Assembly: GCA_022844585.1 (NCBI GenBank)
Contig: JALHLM010000003.1
Span: forward strand, 1-42,272
Length of the DNA stretch: 42,272 nt
Reading direction: 5' to 3'
From: Pirellulales bacterium
GTDB taxonomy: Bacteria > Planctomycetota > Planctomycetia > Pirellulales > JALHLM01
The notes beneath the pieces were generated by a model. The model saw only the letters and a program-made list of their open reading frames with translations, was not told the origin of the DNA and did no database searches. The translations under genes were made by a program, and so were the position numbers. Positions 34,517 through 42,272 of this stretch are shown here, in pieces (position 1 is the stretch's first letter; every line of letters starts with the position of its first letter).

Positions 34517-35799
34517 GCCAGCGCCTCGCGGATGGGCTGGCCAATAGGGTCCACCAGTCGAATCGGGCGATCGACGTTGGAGTCGTTCTGAATCCGCGGA
34601 TCGATTTCGAGCGCCGTGCAGACGGTCGCCATCAGGTCCGGCACCGTGACCGTCTGTTACTCGATCTGCATGCCGTCCGGGCTCGTGCGGCCGATGTGCT
34701 GGCCGCCGCGAATGCCGCCGCCCCCCAGCACGACGCTCCAGGCCGCCGCATAATGGTCGCGGCCCGCGCGCGGGTTGATCGCGGGCGTCCGCCCGAATTC
34801 GCCCATCCACACGATCAACGTCGAGTCCAACAGTCCGCGGCTGTTCAAATCTTCGATCAGCGTCGACCAACCGGCGTCGAGCGCGCCGGAGAGCGTCTTC
34901 ACCTGCTCGAAGTTATTGTCGTGCGTGTCCCAGCCGTCGAGCGTGACTTCGACGAAAGACACGCCACGCTCGACCAATCGACGCGCCAGCAAACAACCCT
35001 GGCCGAAGTGCCCGCGCCCGTACCGATCGCGGAGCGCGTCCGGTTCCTGATTCAAGTCAAACGCCCGCGCCGCGGTGGCGCGTTGCAAACGGACGGCGCG
35101 ATCATAGGCCGTAACATGCCCGTCCGTTGCGGCACCGGAATGTCCGGAGAGGAAGTTTGTTTCGAGATCTCCGAGCAACTGCAATCGGCGCTCGGCACGT
35201 CGCGGGGCATCCAGGCGAGATCCCAAGTCCTCGACGCGCAACTCGTCGCCACTCGCGCCGACCACGAGCGGGGCGTAGCGCGGTCCAAGAAACCCGGCGG
35301 AAACAGCGACTTGGCTGAATGCGCGTTGCGGCAGCACACTTACATAACTGGGCAAGTCGGCGTCCAGGTCGCCAAGTTCCTTCGCCAGCAGCGCGCCGAG
35401 CGATGGAAACCGGATCGACCCTTGGTTCACATAGCCCGTCCTCAGGTGATATGTTGCGCGGCCATGATCTCCTTCCTTGGTGTGCATCGAACGAACCACG
35501 GCGAGGTGCTCCGCCTGCCGGCCGAGCGAGGGCAGGTGTTCGCTGAATTGCACGCCGCTGACGCTGGTCTCAATTGGCCGGATCGGGCCGCCATTCGCAT
35601 GTTCGGGCTTGAGATCAAACGTATCCAACTGGCTCGGTCCGCCGGCCATCCAGAGCAAGATGCAGGCCCGCTGGCGATCCGGCGCCGTAGCGGCCTGTGC
35701 CGCCAGCCGACTCAGCCAGGTCGATGACAGAATGGCGCCGGCGCCATGCCCGGTCGCGCGCAAGACCGAGCGTCGCGTGAGTCGGTCGAACCTATGCAT
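34513..35799 (-). pseudogene. DUF1501 domain gene interrupted by an in-frame TAA (34657-34659)
   Basis: The open ORF 34657-35799 (380 aa, Tat-like TRRSVLRATG, LWMAGGPSQLDTFDLKP, GEFGRTP) ends ...GMQIE. The same frame continues QTVTVPDLMATVCTALEIDPRIQNDSNVDRPIRLVDPIGQPIREALA and stops at TGA 34513-34515. This continuation aligns with the C-terminus of the paralog at 12224-13642 (VHFHDLHATILHLLGLE...RDFRLTDVHGELVSEILA). Confidence 0.75.
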
Positions 35800-35826
35800 G
35801 CGTCGTACCTCGTGGTCCTGCGTCCG

Positions 35827-37389
35827 TCAGTGATTCATGCGAAACTCGGCGCTCGCCAGCAAGGCCCAGAACACGTCCGCCAGCAGCAGGCGTCGATCTT
35901 CCTCGGGCGATGCGTCGAACACTGTGGCGATCTTCGCGCGCTCCGTCGGTGCGGGCAATCGCCCCAGCACGGCCAGGTAGAGGCCGTCGATTTGCTCGTC
36001 GAGCGTGAGTCCCGGCGTGGAATCGATCGCCACGAGCGTGGGGCATTCGTCGATGTTGGCGGCCCAGTCCGTGAAGCTCCCGTTGAGCAACGTCAGCGCT
36101 TGCTGCACCGAAGTCTCCGGATCGACGGCCGCAGCGCCGCGTGCGAACCGCGTTTGCAACAGCCGCCGGGCGGCGCCTTTGTCTTGCTGGTCCCGGTATC
36201 CAGTCGCCAGCGCGATGCTATCGAAAAACTGTTCGCCGGTGAGCGACTTGAGCGGCATCCGGGCTGGCAACGCCGTGCGATCCTGACTGGCGTCGGTGCG
36301 CACGCTCGATCGTTGATACGCGTCCGTCAGACAAATCGCCCGCATCAGGTAGCGGATGTCGAAGCCCGATGCCGCGAAGGCCTGCGCTAACTCTTCCAGC
36401 AACTTTGGGTGGATGGGCGGATTGTCGTCGCGGAAATCGTCGACGGGCTCGACGATGCCGCGGCCGAAAAACTGCGCCCAAATTCGGTTCGCGCCGGCCC
36501 GGGCAAAATATGGATTGTCGCGCGCCGTGATCCAGGCCGCCAACATCGCGCGCGGCGACGGCTCGCGACTCCAGTCGGGCTCGTCCCCGACCAGAAACGT
36601 CGCCGCCTGCGCGACGTCTTTTTCCGGCGGCGTTACATGGCGCACCGCCACGGTCTCGACCAATGGGGCGAACATGCCTGCGCCCTGTCGCTGCACGCTG
36701 GCAAAGAACGCGGCCTGCTGCCAGAACTGGTCTTGGCTCCACGCCGCGAACGGATGATCGTGGCACTGCGCACATTCCATGCGCAACCCCAGGAATGTTC
36801 GCGTCACCGCGGCCGCAAGGTTTTCCGGCTTGGCATCTTTGACCGCATAGAAGGCCAACGGATTCGGCCGCACCGGGTCGCGCAACACCGGTTCAGCGCC
36901 CTGGCCGTCCTGCGCAATCGGTGCCGTCAGCAATTCGCGGACGAGCGCGTCATACGCGACGCCGGCCCGTGCGCGGTCCTGTAGCCAGGCCTCGAAGCCG
37001 ACTCGAAAGACGCCCGCCCCGCGATCGGCCATGGTCTCGGGCAGCAACTCTGCTCGCCAGACGTTGGCAAAATGCACGGCGAAACGCGGACTGTCGAGCA
37101 ACTGTTCGACGACCTGGGCGCGTTTGACGGGGGCGTCGTTTGACAGAAACTCGCGGACCTCCGAAACACGAGGAATGCGGCCGTTGAGATCGAGATACGC
37201 GCGGCGCAGAAACTCGGCGTCATCGGCCCGCGGCGCGAGTTGAATTCCCTCAGTCTGCCAATGTTGTTCGAGCAACGCATCGATGCGCGCGGCTAGTTGC
37301 GCAGCGCTCGCGCGCTCATCGCCGCGCGCACTGTTTACCACGAGCAGCGTGCATCCGACGACAAACGGAAGTGTCAGCCAGCGCAACAT
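35827..37389 (-). CDS. DUF1549 + DUF1553 domain protein (no cytochrome c module)
   Basis: Signal peptide, then FLRRAYLDLNGRIPRVSEVREFL (DUF1549-like) and CAQCHDHPFAAWSQDQFWQQAAFF (DUF1553-like). A 27-nt gap separates it from the downstream DUF1501 gene. Confidence 0.9.
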   Translation of the reverse strand: MLRWLTLPFVVGCTLLVVNSARGDERASAAQLAARIDALLEQHWQTEGIQLAPRADDAEFLRRAYLDLNGRIPRVSEVREFLSNDAPVKRAQVVEQLLDSPRFAVHFANVWRAELLPETMADRGAGVFRVGFEAWLQDRARAGVAYDALVRELLTAPIAQDGQGAEPVLRDPVRPNPLAFYAVKDAKPENLAAAVTRTFLGLRMECAQCHDHPFAAWSQDQFWQQAAFFASVQRQGAGMFAPLVETVAVRHVTPPEKDVAQAATFLVGDEPDWSREPSPRAMLAAWITARDNPYFARAGANRIWAQFFGRGIVEPVDDFRDDNPPIHPKLLEELAQAFAASGFDIRYLMRAICLTDAYQRSSVRTDASQDRTALPARMPLKSLTGEQFFDSIALATGYRDQQDKGAARRLLQTRFARGAAAVDPETSVQQALTLLNGSFTDWAANIDECPTLVAIDSTPGLTLDEQIDGLYLAVLGRLPAPTERAKIATVFDASPEEDRRLLLADVFWALLASAEFRMNH

Positions 37390-37416
37390 GTCAATTCCGT
37401 AAAAGTTTACGAAGCA

Positions 37417-38667
37417 CTATGGCGTCAATTGCACGCAAATCAGTTCTTTGTCATCACGCACGAATAGACGCCCGTTCGCCAAGGCCGGCGCTACCAACGT
37501 GCCGCCGCAAACCTTTGCGCGGCAGAGTTCATGTGCCCCTTCGCGGCTGACTTCCAACAGCGTCAGCAAACCGGAGTCGTTCAAGATCAACAGCTTTCCA
37601 TCGCCCAAGCGAATCGGCGAGGCGTGGAAATAGCCGATGCGTTCTTCCGCCCAAAGTTGCTTGCCACTCGCCGGATCGAGACACGTCAAACTAGTCGTCG
37701 GCAACGGTTCCAATGCATTTGTGATGAGATACAGTGCGTCCGCACTCGCGACACCGGACGAGAAGTAGCTTTTCGCCGCCGCATTCTGCCAATCTTCCGC
37801 TGCCGACCGGTGGTCGTCGGCCGTCTGGACCCGTACGGAGACGGCGCCGTGCGCCTGAGTGCTCCCAATGATCCGATCGCCCAAGACCAATGGCGTCGGA
37901 GAAGTACCTTGCGGCTGAAACACCATCGGATGTTCCCAACGCAACGAACCGTCCAGCGGGTCGATGCCCAGCAACCGGAGCGGCGTCATCAGCACCACAT
38001 CGGGCGCAGCGCCGGGCGTGCGGGCGCCGCCGGAAAACAGAATGGCCGATGAAGTGCTCGCGGCGTCATCGAAGGCTTGCCAGGCAACCTCCCCGTTCAC
38101 GGTGTTGAGCGCCACCGCGCAACGCCCCGGGCCGCCGACGCTCACAATCACGCGATTGCCAATCACCAACGGCGAACAACAGACGGCGAACCCTGGCAGT
38201 TCGGCCTGGAATTGCTCATATAAATCGACTTGCCAATGTCGCTGGCCGCTCTTGGCGTCATAGCAACTCAACACGCCGTTGATGCCGAGCGTATACAGAC
38301 GCCCCTGCGCCAAGGTGGGCGTGGCCCGCGGCCCGACGCCCAGCACGCTCTTGTAGCTGGGGCGATCGTACGTATCGCTCCAGACCCGCTCGCCGGTGGC
38401 GACGTTGAGCGCCAACACCTGTTCCTGTTCTTTGCCGGGCACGGACGAATGCATATAAACGAGGTCGCCCGATACGACTGGGGAACTAAACGACTGCGGC
38501 GCCGTGGTCCGCCATATAGCCTGCGGCGCCGTGGCGTCACTCCACGCGGCAACCGATTCGTGCGAAACGCCGTTCCGCTCCGGGCCTAGCCACTGCGGCC
38601 AATCGGCGGCCTGAGACCGGGAAGGTGCTAACAACAACAGGCCAACAAGCAAATACACTCGCAACAT
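37417..38667 (-). CDS. secreted PQQ-like (BamB-type) beta-propeller repeat protein
   Basis: A signal peptide ending SRSQA is followed by ADWPQWLGPERNG, the typical start of PQQ-like propeller proteins. Repeated beta-strand/Gly-Trp periodicity. A 27-nt gap separates it from the next gene. Confidence 0.8.
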   Translation of the reverse strand: MLRVYLLVGLLLLAPSRSQAADWPQWLGPERNGVSHESVAAWSDATAPQAIWRTTAPQSFSSPVVSGDLVYMHSSVPGKEQEQVLALNVATGERVWSDTYDRPSYKSVLGVGPRATPTLAQGRLYTLGINGVLSCYDAKSGQRHWQVDLYEQFQAELPGFAVCCSPLVIGNRVIVSVGGPGRCAVALNTVNGEVAWQAFDDAASTSSAILFSGGARTPGAAPDVVLMTPLRLLGIDPLDGSLRWEHPMVFQPQGTSPTPLVLGDRIIGSTQAHGAVSVRVQTADDHRSAAEDWQNAAAKSYFSSGVASADALYLITNALEPLPTTSLTCLDPASGKQLWAEERIGYFHASPIRLGDGKLLILNDSGLLTLLEVSREGAHELCRAKVCGGTLVAPALANGRLFVRDDKELICVQLTP

Positions 38668-38907
38668 GGTTTATCTCGTGGCGAATCGGAGGCTCGCATA
38701 ATCCAAAGGCGTAGGAACAATCCACAGATTGTAGCTGCCGCCGTCCAGCGCCGGCTAGCGTTAGTTTACGGTCTTTGTGTTGTTGTACAGAAGTGACGAG
38801 AACCTAACTTTTGTCTGCGTTAGACCTGCCTAACGGTCGGAAGCTTCGTGTTGGACGTCAGGCCATTCACGCAACAACGACTGCTTGGCCCCGGTTTCGG
38901 GCTTGAA

Positions 38908-39318
38908 TTAACTCAAATTCAAAAGTTGTCCCCAAAGTCCCGGAGAGACGTCCGTGGGAACCGACAATTGAATTCGCTGGAGCCAATCGCGTGGTTCGCC
39001 GCCCTCGACCGTGGCGAGTGCTACCGCGGCCAACGCGGGTGAGCGGCTGATGCCAGCACTGCAACAAACGAGCGTCGGACGGCGAGTCGAAAGTAAGTCG
39101 GTCAGAGTTCGCTTTGCCAACTGAAGTTGCTCCTGGCTGTTTTCAGGTCCATCGTGGAGCGGGATGCGGAGTGAAATCAACTCGCGCGGCAACACAATGC
39201 CTGGCTCTTCAGCGGCGAGTTGCAGGACCGCTTCAATTCCAATGTCGACCAGTGTCTGTATATTTCGACCGTCGCCGATATGACCGATCCAAAGCAAATG
39301 CGGTTCGATTTGCTTCAT
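38908..39318 (-). CDS. dual-specificity / Cys-based protein phosphatase
   Basis: The ATG at 39318 gives MKQIEPHLLWIG. The CX5R(S) P-loop VCCSAGISRSPA is preceded by an IPLHDG acid-loop-like segment. It starts 4 nt after the kinase stop. Confidence 0.8.
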   Translation of the reverse strand: MKQIEPHLLWIGHIGDGRNIQTLVDIGIEAVLQLAAEEPGIVLPRELISLRIPLHDGPENSQEQLQLAKRTLTDLLSTRRPTLVCCSAGISRSPALAAVALATVEGGEPRDWLQRIQLSVPTDVSPGLWGQLLNLS

Positions 39319-39322
39319 GATT

Positions 39323-41584
39323 CTAATTCTCGGCCTTTGGCTCAATTGCCGCCCCGCTGGGCTCGCCTTCAAGAGTCTCCGCCGCGATCACCACCCAGCC
39401 CGTATCGGCGAACTCGGCCGGGCGGCCGTGAACGATGACGGGCTCGAGCGCCGCGAGGCGTGCATGCTTCGCCACGGGATCGACGAAGGCTTCTGAGATG
39501 CTATCGGGCGAGGCTTCGAGCGAGCGGCCGTTGAGGCGGCGGTCGCGGCGTAGCTGAAGCGCGCGATCTAACTCCGTGGACGAAAGCCGCAAGGCGCCTT
39601 CGTCGAGCGTGCGGTGGCCCATCTCCGGATGATGCAGCACGAGACCGCGTCCGTTGAATTGATCGGGGCGGGTATCGACCAAGAGCGCGCTGCGGCCCGT
39701 GGAGAAATCGCCTAACTCGACCGTCATGCACAGCACGCCGACCCGAGTGCGATCGGCGCGTTCGCGGGCGTCACTCCAGATCGGCACCGAAAACGCGACC
39801 ATCAAGGTTTGCGTGACCGTGCTGTCGAACACCGCCGACATGTGAACCGTGCGATCGGTTAACGGGCCGAGCGATTTGGTTTCCGGCGCATCGGCGGGCA
39901 GGTCGCGACCGCGGCCATGGAAGTAATCGCGATGCCGATAGTTCTGGCCGATGCTGGAGCCTTCCGGCACGCGGGCTAACTGGGTGCCGTCAGTGGCGTT
40001 GACGAACCAACTCGCCGTACGCACGGCGCTGTTGTTGGCGATGTACCGCTTGTCGAGCCAGCGTTGGACTTCTTCGAGCGAAGCCGCCGGCGCCGGCTGT
40101 CCCGCGGCGATCGCTTCATTGGCTTGAAGCACGAGTCGGCGCAACTCCGCGGATTCCGCTTCGGATTCGAGGATCCGCCAACGCAAGTCAATTTCCTGCG
40201 CCACGGACTTGGCAAGGAACATCGCCGACGTGGCCAGGTTGTTGCGCCGCGAGGTTTCCGCGGAGGAGTGGGCACGATTGGCCGAGTCGTGCGCGAGTCG
40301 TTCGTTGCGCGCGAGCTGCGCGAGCCAGATCGCCGAGACGCCGACCACGAGCGCGCAGGCCGCTAGCCCGACCACCGCAACCTGCGTCGCGACACGATGC
40401 CGGCGGACAAAGCGGGCGACGCGCGCCGAGCGCGATTCGGCATAGGCGGTGACCGGTTCGTCGGCCAGATAGCGCTCCAGATCTCGCGCGAGTTCGATGG
40501 CCGTGTCGTACCGATCGCTCGGCCGCAGCGCCATCGCCTTGAGGCAGATCGCTTCGAGCGGCAATGGCGTATCTGGCTTCAAGTCCCGCGCGCGCTTGAC
40601 ACGGCCGTCGATGATGTTGGCTTTCACTTCGGCCAGCGTTTCGCCGATGACGGGGTTCACGCCTGTCAATAATTTGAACAACGTGGCGCCGAGACTGTAG
40701 ATATCACTGGCCGGAGTCGGCGCAAGGTCCGAGGCTTGCTCCGGGCTCATGTAGGCGGGCGTACCAGCGCCTCCGCCGGAGGACGTGCCGGCCTCGCTAC
40801 CGGAACTGGGCATCAAGGTCTTTTCGCCCGCGATGCGAAACTTGTCCTCGCGCGCCACGGGCGGGGCCAGGCCCCAGTCGACGACGATCGTTTCGCCGTA
40901 GCGCCCCAGCATCACGTTGCTGGGCTTGATATCGCGATGCACGATGCCGCGGTTGTGGGCGTAAGCGATCGTCTTGCAGACCGAGGCGAAGTTGTTGAGC
41001 AGCCGGTGGAATTCAAGCGTTCGTTCGGAGAGATCGGCCGGCGGGCGATTGTGAAAGCGGCGGATCGCGTCGTCCAGCGTGATGCCATCGATGTAACGCA
41101 TCACGTAGAAGAGACGTTGATCGGCGGTTTCGCCTAGTCCATATAAAGGGACGACGCCGGGATGTTCCAAACGCCCCGTGACTTCGGCTTCCAGTTCGAA
41201 GCGCTGCCGCGCGACCGGATCGGTACTGAGCTTGCCGTGGATGAACTTGACCGCGACGGTGCGATGCAATTGCCGGTCTTCGCCGACGAACACGGCGCCG
41301 AGCCCGCCTTTGGCGTGAAACTGCAGCGCGTGAATCTGCGAGGCGTGGCTTAACTGCTCGCCTGTCACGCTGTCCAGGTCGTGCGCGTCGGCATCCGATT
41401 TGCGCATTGCCGCGGCCACGCGGGCTTCAAAGCTCTGCAGCGCTGCGAGGCGCTCCTCGACGGCGCCTCGCAGATCCGGGCGCGAATAGCACAATTCATC
41501 AAGACTGAGCGAGACGCCGTCCTCCTGCGCCGCCAGCCAGCGGTCGAGCAACGATTCGATGACGGAATCTTCGGACATCGACAT
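39323..41584 (-). CDS. transmembrane Ser/Thr protein kinase with an extracytoplasmic Cache-like sensor domain
   Basis: The ATG at 41584 gives MSMSEDSVIESLL. Hanks kinase motifs are GGLGAVF, VAVK, HRDIKPSN, DWGLA and SPE. One TM helix (VAVVGLAACALVVGVSAIWLAQL) precedes a C-terminal region with NYRHRDYFHG and GVLCMTVELGDF, typical of Cache domains. The ORF-track extension to 42046 crosses a palindromic element and a divergent gene. Confidence 0.85.
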   Translation of the reverse strand: MSMSEDSVIESLLDRWLAAQEDGVSLSLDELCYSRPDLRGAVEERLAALQSFEARVAAAMRKSDADAHDLDSVTGEQLSHASQIHALQFHAKGGLGAVFVGEDRQLHRTVAVKFIHGKLSTDPVARQRFELEAEVTGRLEHPGVVPLYGLGETADQRLFYVMRYIDGITLDDAIRRFHNRPPADLSERTLEFHRLLNNFASVCKTIAYAHNRGIVHRDIKPSNVMLGRYGETIVVDWGLAPPVAREDKFRIAGEKTLMPSSGSEAGTSSGGGAGTPAYMSPEQASDLAPTPASDIYSLGATLFKLLTGVNPVIGETLAEVKANIIDGRVKRARDLKPDTPLPLEAICLKAMALRPSDRYDTAIELARDLERYLADEPVTAYAESRSARVARFVRRHRVATQVAVVGLAACALVVGVSAIWLAQLARNERLAHDSANRAHSSAETSRRNNLATSAMFLAKSVAQEIDLRWRILESEAESAELRRLVLQANEAIAAGQPAPAASLEEVQRWLDKRYIANNSAVRTASWFVNATDGTQLARVPEGSSIGQNYRHRDYFHGRGRDLPADAPETKSLGPLTDRTVHMSAVFDSTVTQTLMVAFSVPIWSDARERADRTRVGVLCMTVELGDFSTGRSALLVDTRPDQFNGRGLVLHHPEMGHRTLDEGALRLSSTELDRALQLRRDRRLNGRSLEASPDSISEAFVDPVAKHARLAALEPVIVHGRPAEFADTGWVVIAAETLEGEPSGAAIEPKAEN

Positions 41585-41627
41585 ACGTGCAGGCGTTAAG
41601 AAAAGGCGATACATTAGCGCTTCGATA

Positions 41628-41770
41628 CTAGCCCGTAGCGCCAGCGAGGGAGAGAGGACGCGGGCTACCGTTGGAGCCGAAACTCTCAGTTGCCTTGCCA
41701 CGACGCAACCGAGAGTTTCATCCCAATCGGTTGGCAAGATCAACTCTCCCTCGCTGGCGCTACGGGCTAG
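41628..41770. repeat. MITE/REP-like hairpin element with perfect 27-nt terminal inverted repeats
   Basis: ctagcccgtagcgccagcgagggagag at 41628-41654 is the exact reverse complement of 41744-41770. An inner imperfect hairpin is gaaactctcagttgc / gcaaccgagagtttc (about 41679-41719). The element fills the divergent promoter region. Confidence 0.8.
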
Positions 41771-41842
41771 TGTAGGGGATTTCGCGCGTGTTTTCGCGTG
41801 GTCTCGACTGAACCCAACGAAACTTGCCCGCGTACAGGCAGC

Positions 41843-42272
41843 ATGTCCACCCACTGCGACCTGATTGTTGTCGGCGGCGGCTTTGCCGGATTGACCTGCG
41901 CGCAGGCCGCCGCGGCGCGTGGGCTGCGGACCGTGGTACTGGAACGCAAGGACGACGTCGGCGCGGCGTGCCATACGACCGGCATCCTCGTTAAAGAGGT
42001 CGCCGACGCATGGGACGTGCCCCGCTCGATGACGCGGCGGATACATGGCGTCCGACTGTACAGTCCGTCGCTACGGTGGATCGATCTCCACTCGCCGGGC
42101 TATTTCTTTCTGGCAACCGACACGCCGGCGATGATGCGATGGCTGGCGGGAGTAGCCGAGGACGCCGGCGCGAAGATTCGCCTCGGGACTAGCTACCAGG
42201 GCTGCGAACGGAACAGCGAAGGCGTACGGCTCGCGGAACAGGATCTCACCGCCACATTCTTGGTCGGCGCCG
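41843..42272 (+). CDS. FAD-dependent oxidoreductase (geranylgeranyl-reductase-like), 5' partial at the window edge
   Basis: Not in the ORF track, presumably because there is no stop in the window. My own translation from ATG 41843 is MSTHCDLIVVGGGFAGLTCAQAAAARGLRTVVLERKDDVG..., which has the GxGxxG dinucleotide-binding fold. The frame stays open to 42272. Confidence 0.75.
   Translation, partial: MSTHCDLIVVGGGFAGLTCAQAAAARGLRTVVLERKDDVGAACHTTGILVKEVADAWDVPRSMTRRIHGVRLYSPSLRWIDLHSPGYFFLATDTPAMMRWLAGVAEDAGAKIRLGTSYQGCERNSEGVRLAEQDLTATFLVGA

Noticed and set aside
34657-34659. The TAA considered as programmed recoding (selenocysteine or pyrrolysine type)
   Set aside because: Selenocysteine uses UGA and pyrrolysine uses UAG. 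UAA has no known sense reassignment in this phylum, and other genes here terminate at TAA (for example the 6-251 ORF). A mutation, a sequencing error or low-level readthrough are the realistic options.
34517-34870. N-terminal 118-aa extension of the EF-hand ORF
   Set aside because: The extension overlaps the DUF1501 coding frame and is Arg/Gly-rich. The internal ATG at 34516 gives a proper signal peptide and an ATGA junction with the upstream frame.
41585-42046. N-terminal 154-aa extension of the kinase ORF
   Set aside because: It would translate through the perfect inverted-repeat element and run antisense to the flavoprotein gene. The kinase-associated sequence begins naturally at MSMSEDSV (41584).
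1-42272. Scan for tRNA, rRNA, transposase, integrase or phage genes and CRISPR arrays
   Set aside because: All intergenic gaps are 330 nt or shorter and none shows tRNA-like T-arm or anticodon-arm structure. No ORF carries DDE, tyrosine-recombinase or phage structural motifs that I can recognise.

Overview
This is a visibly GC-rich chromosomal segment with the hallmarks of a Planctomycetota (Pirellulales-like) genome. It carries two PSCyt/DUF1549/DUF1553 + DUF1501 gene pairs, three PEP-CTERM sorting tails and NPYQSP-type small membrane proteins. It also encodes giant secreted proteins with basic LE[DQ]R N-terminal leaders and tandem dockerin-like D-x-[ND]-G-D-G...DLNNVRNNFG cassettes. I call about 31 protein-coding genes, including one partial CDS at the right edge that is missing from the ORF track. 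I also call one probable pseudogene or recoded gene, two terminator-like hairpins and three structured palindromic intergenic elements. I saw no rRNA, tRNA, CRISPR array, transposase or phage genes. The many long ORFs antisense to these genes look like GC-composition artefacts. Five observations stand out. (1) A seven-gene co-directional cluster (33164-41584, minus strand) links a Cache-sensor Ser/Thr kinase and a dual-specificity phosphatase to a PQQ-like beta-propeller, DUF1549/DUF1553, DUF1501 and a seven-loop EF-hand protein. (2) The DUF1501 gene in that cluster is cut by an in-frame TAA 47 codons before a conserved C-terminus that still reads through to an ATGA overlap with the next gene. 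(3) One 742-codon ORF is an in-frame concatenation of two complete secreted PEP-CTERM proteins, and the first PEP-CTERM basic tail doubles as the n-region of the second signal peptide. (4) A 1696-aa lamin-tail-domain/CotH-kinase-like protein and two other proteins share a nearly identical dockerin-like cassette at the nucleotide level. (5) Three MITE/REP-like hairpin elements fill regulatory intergenic regions. All functional calls come from motif recognition by eye. No database search was run.
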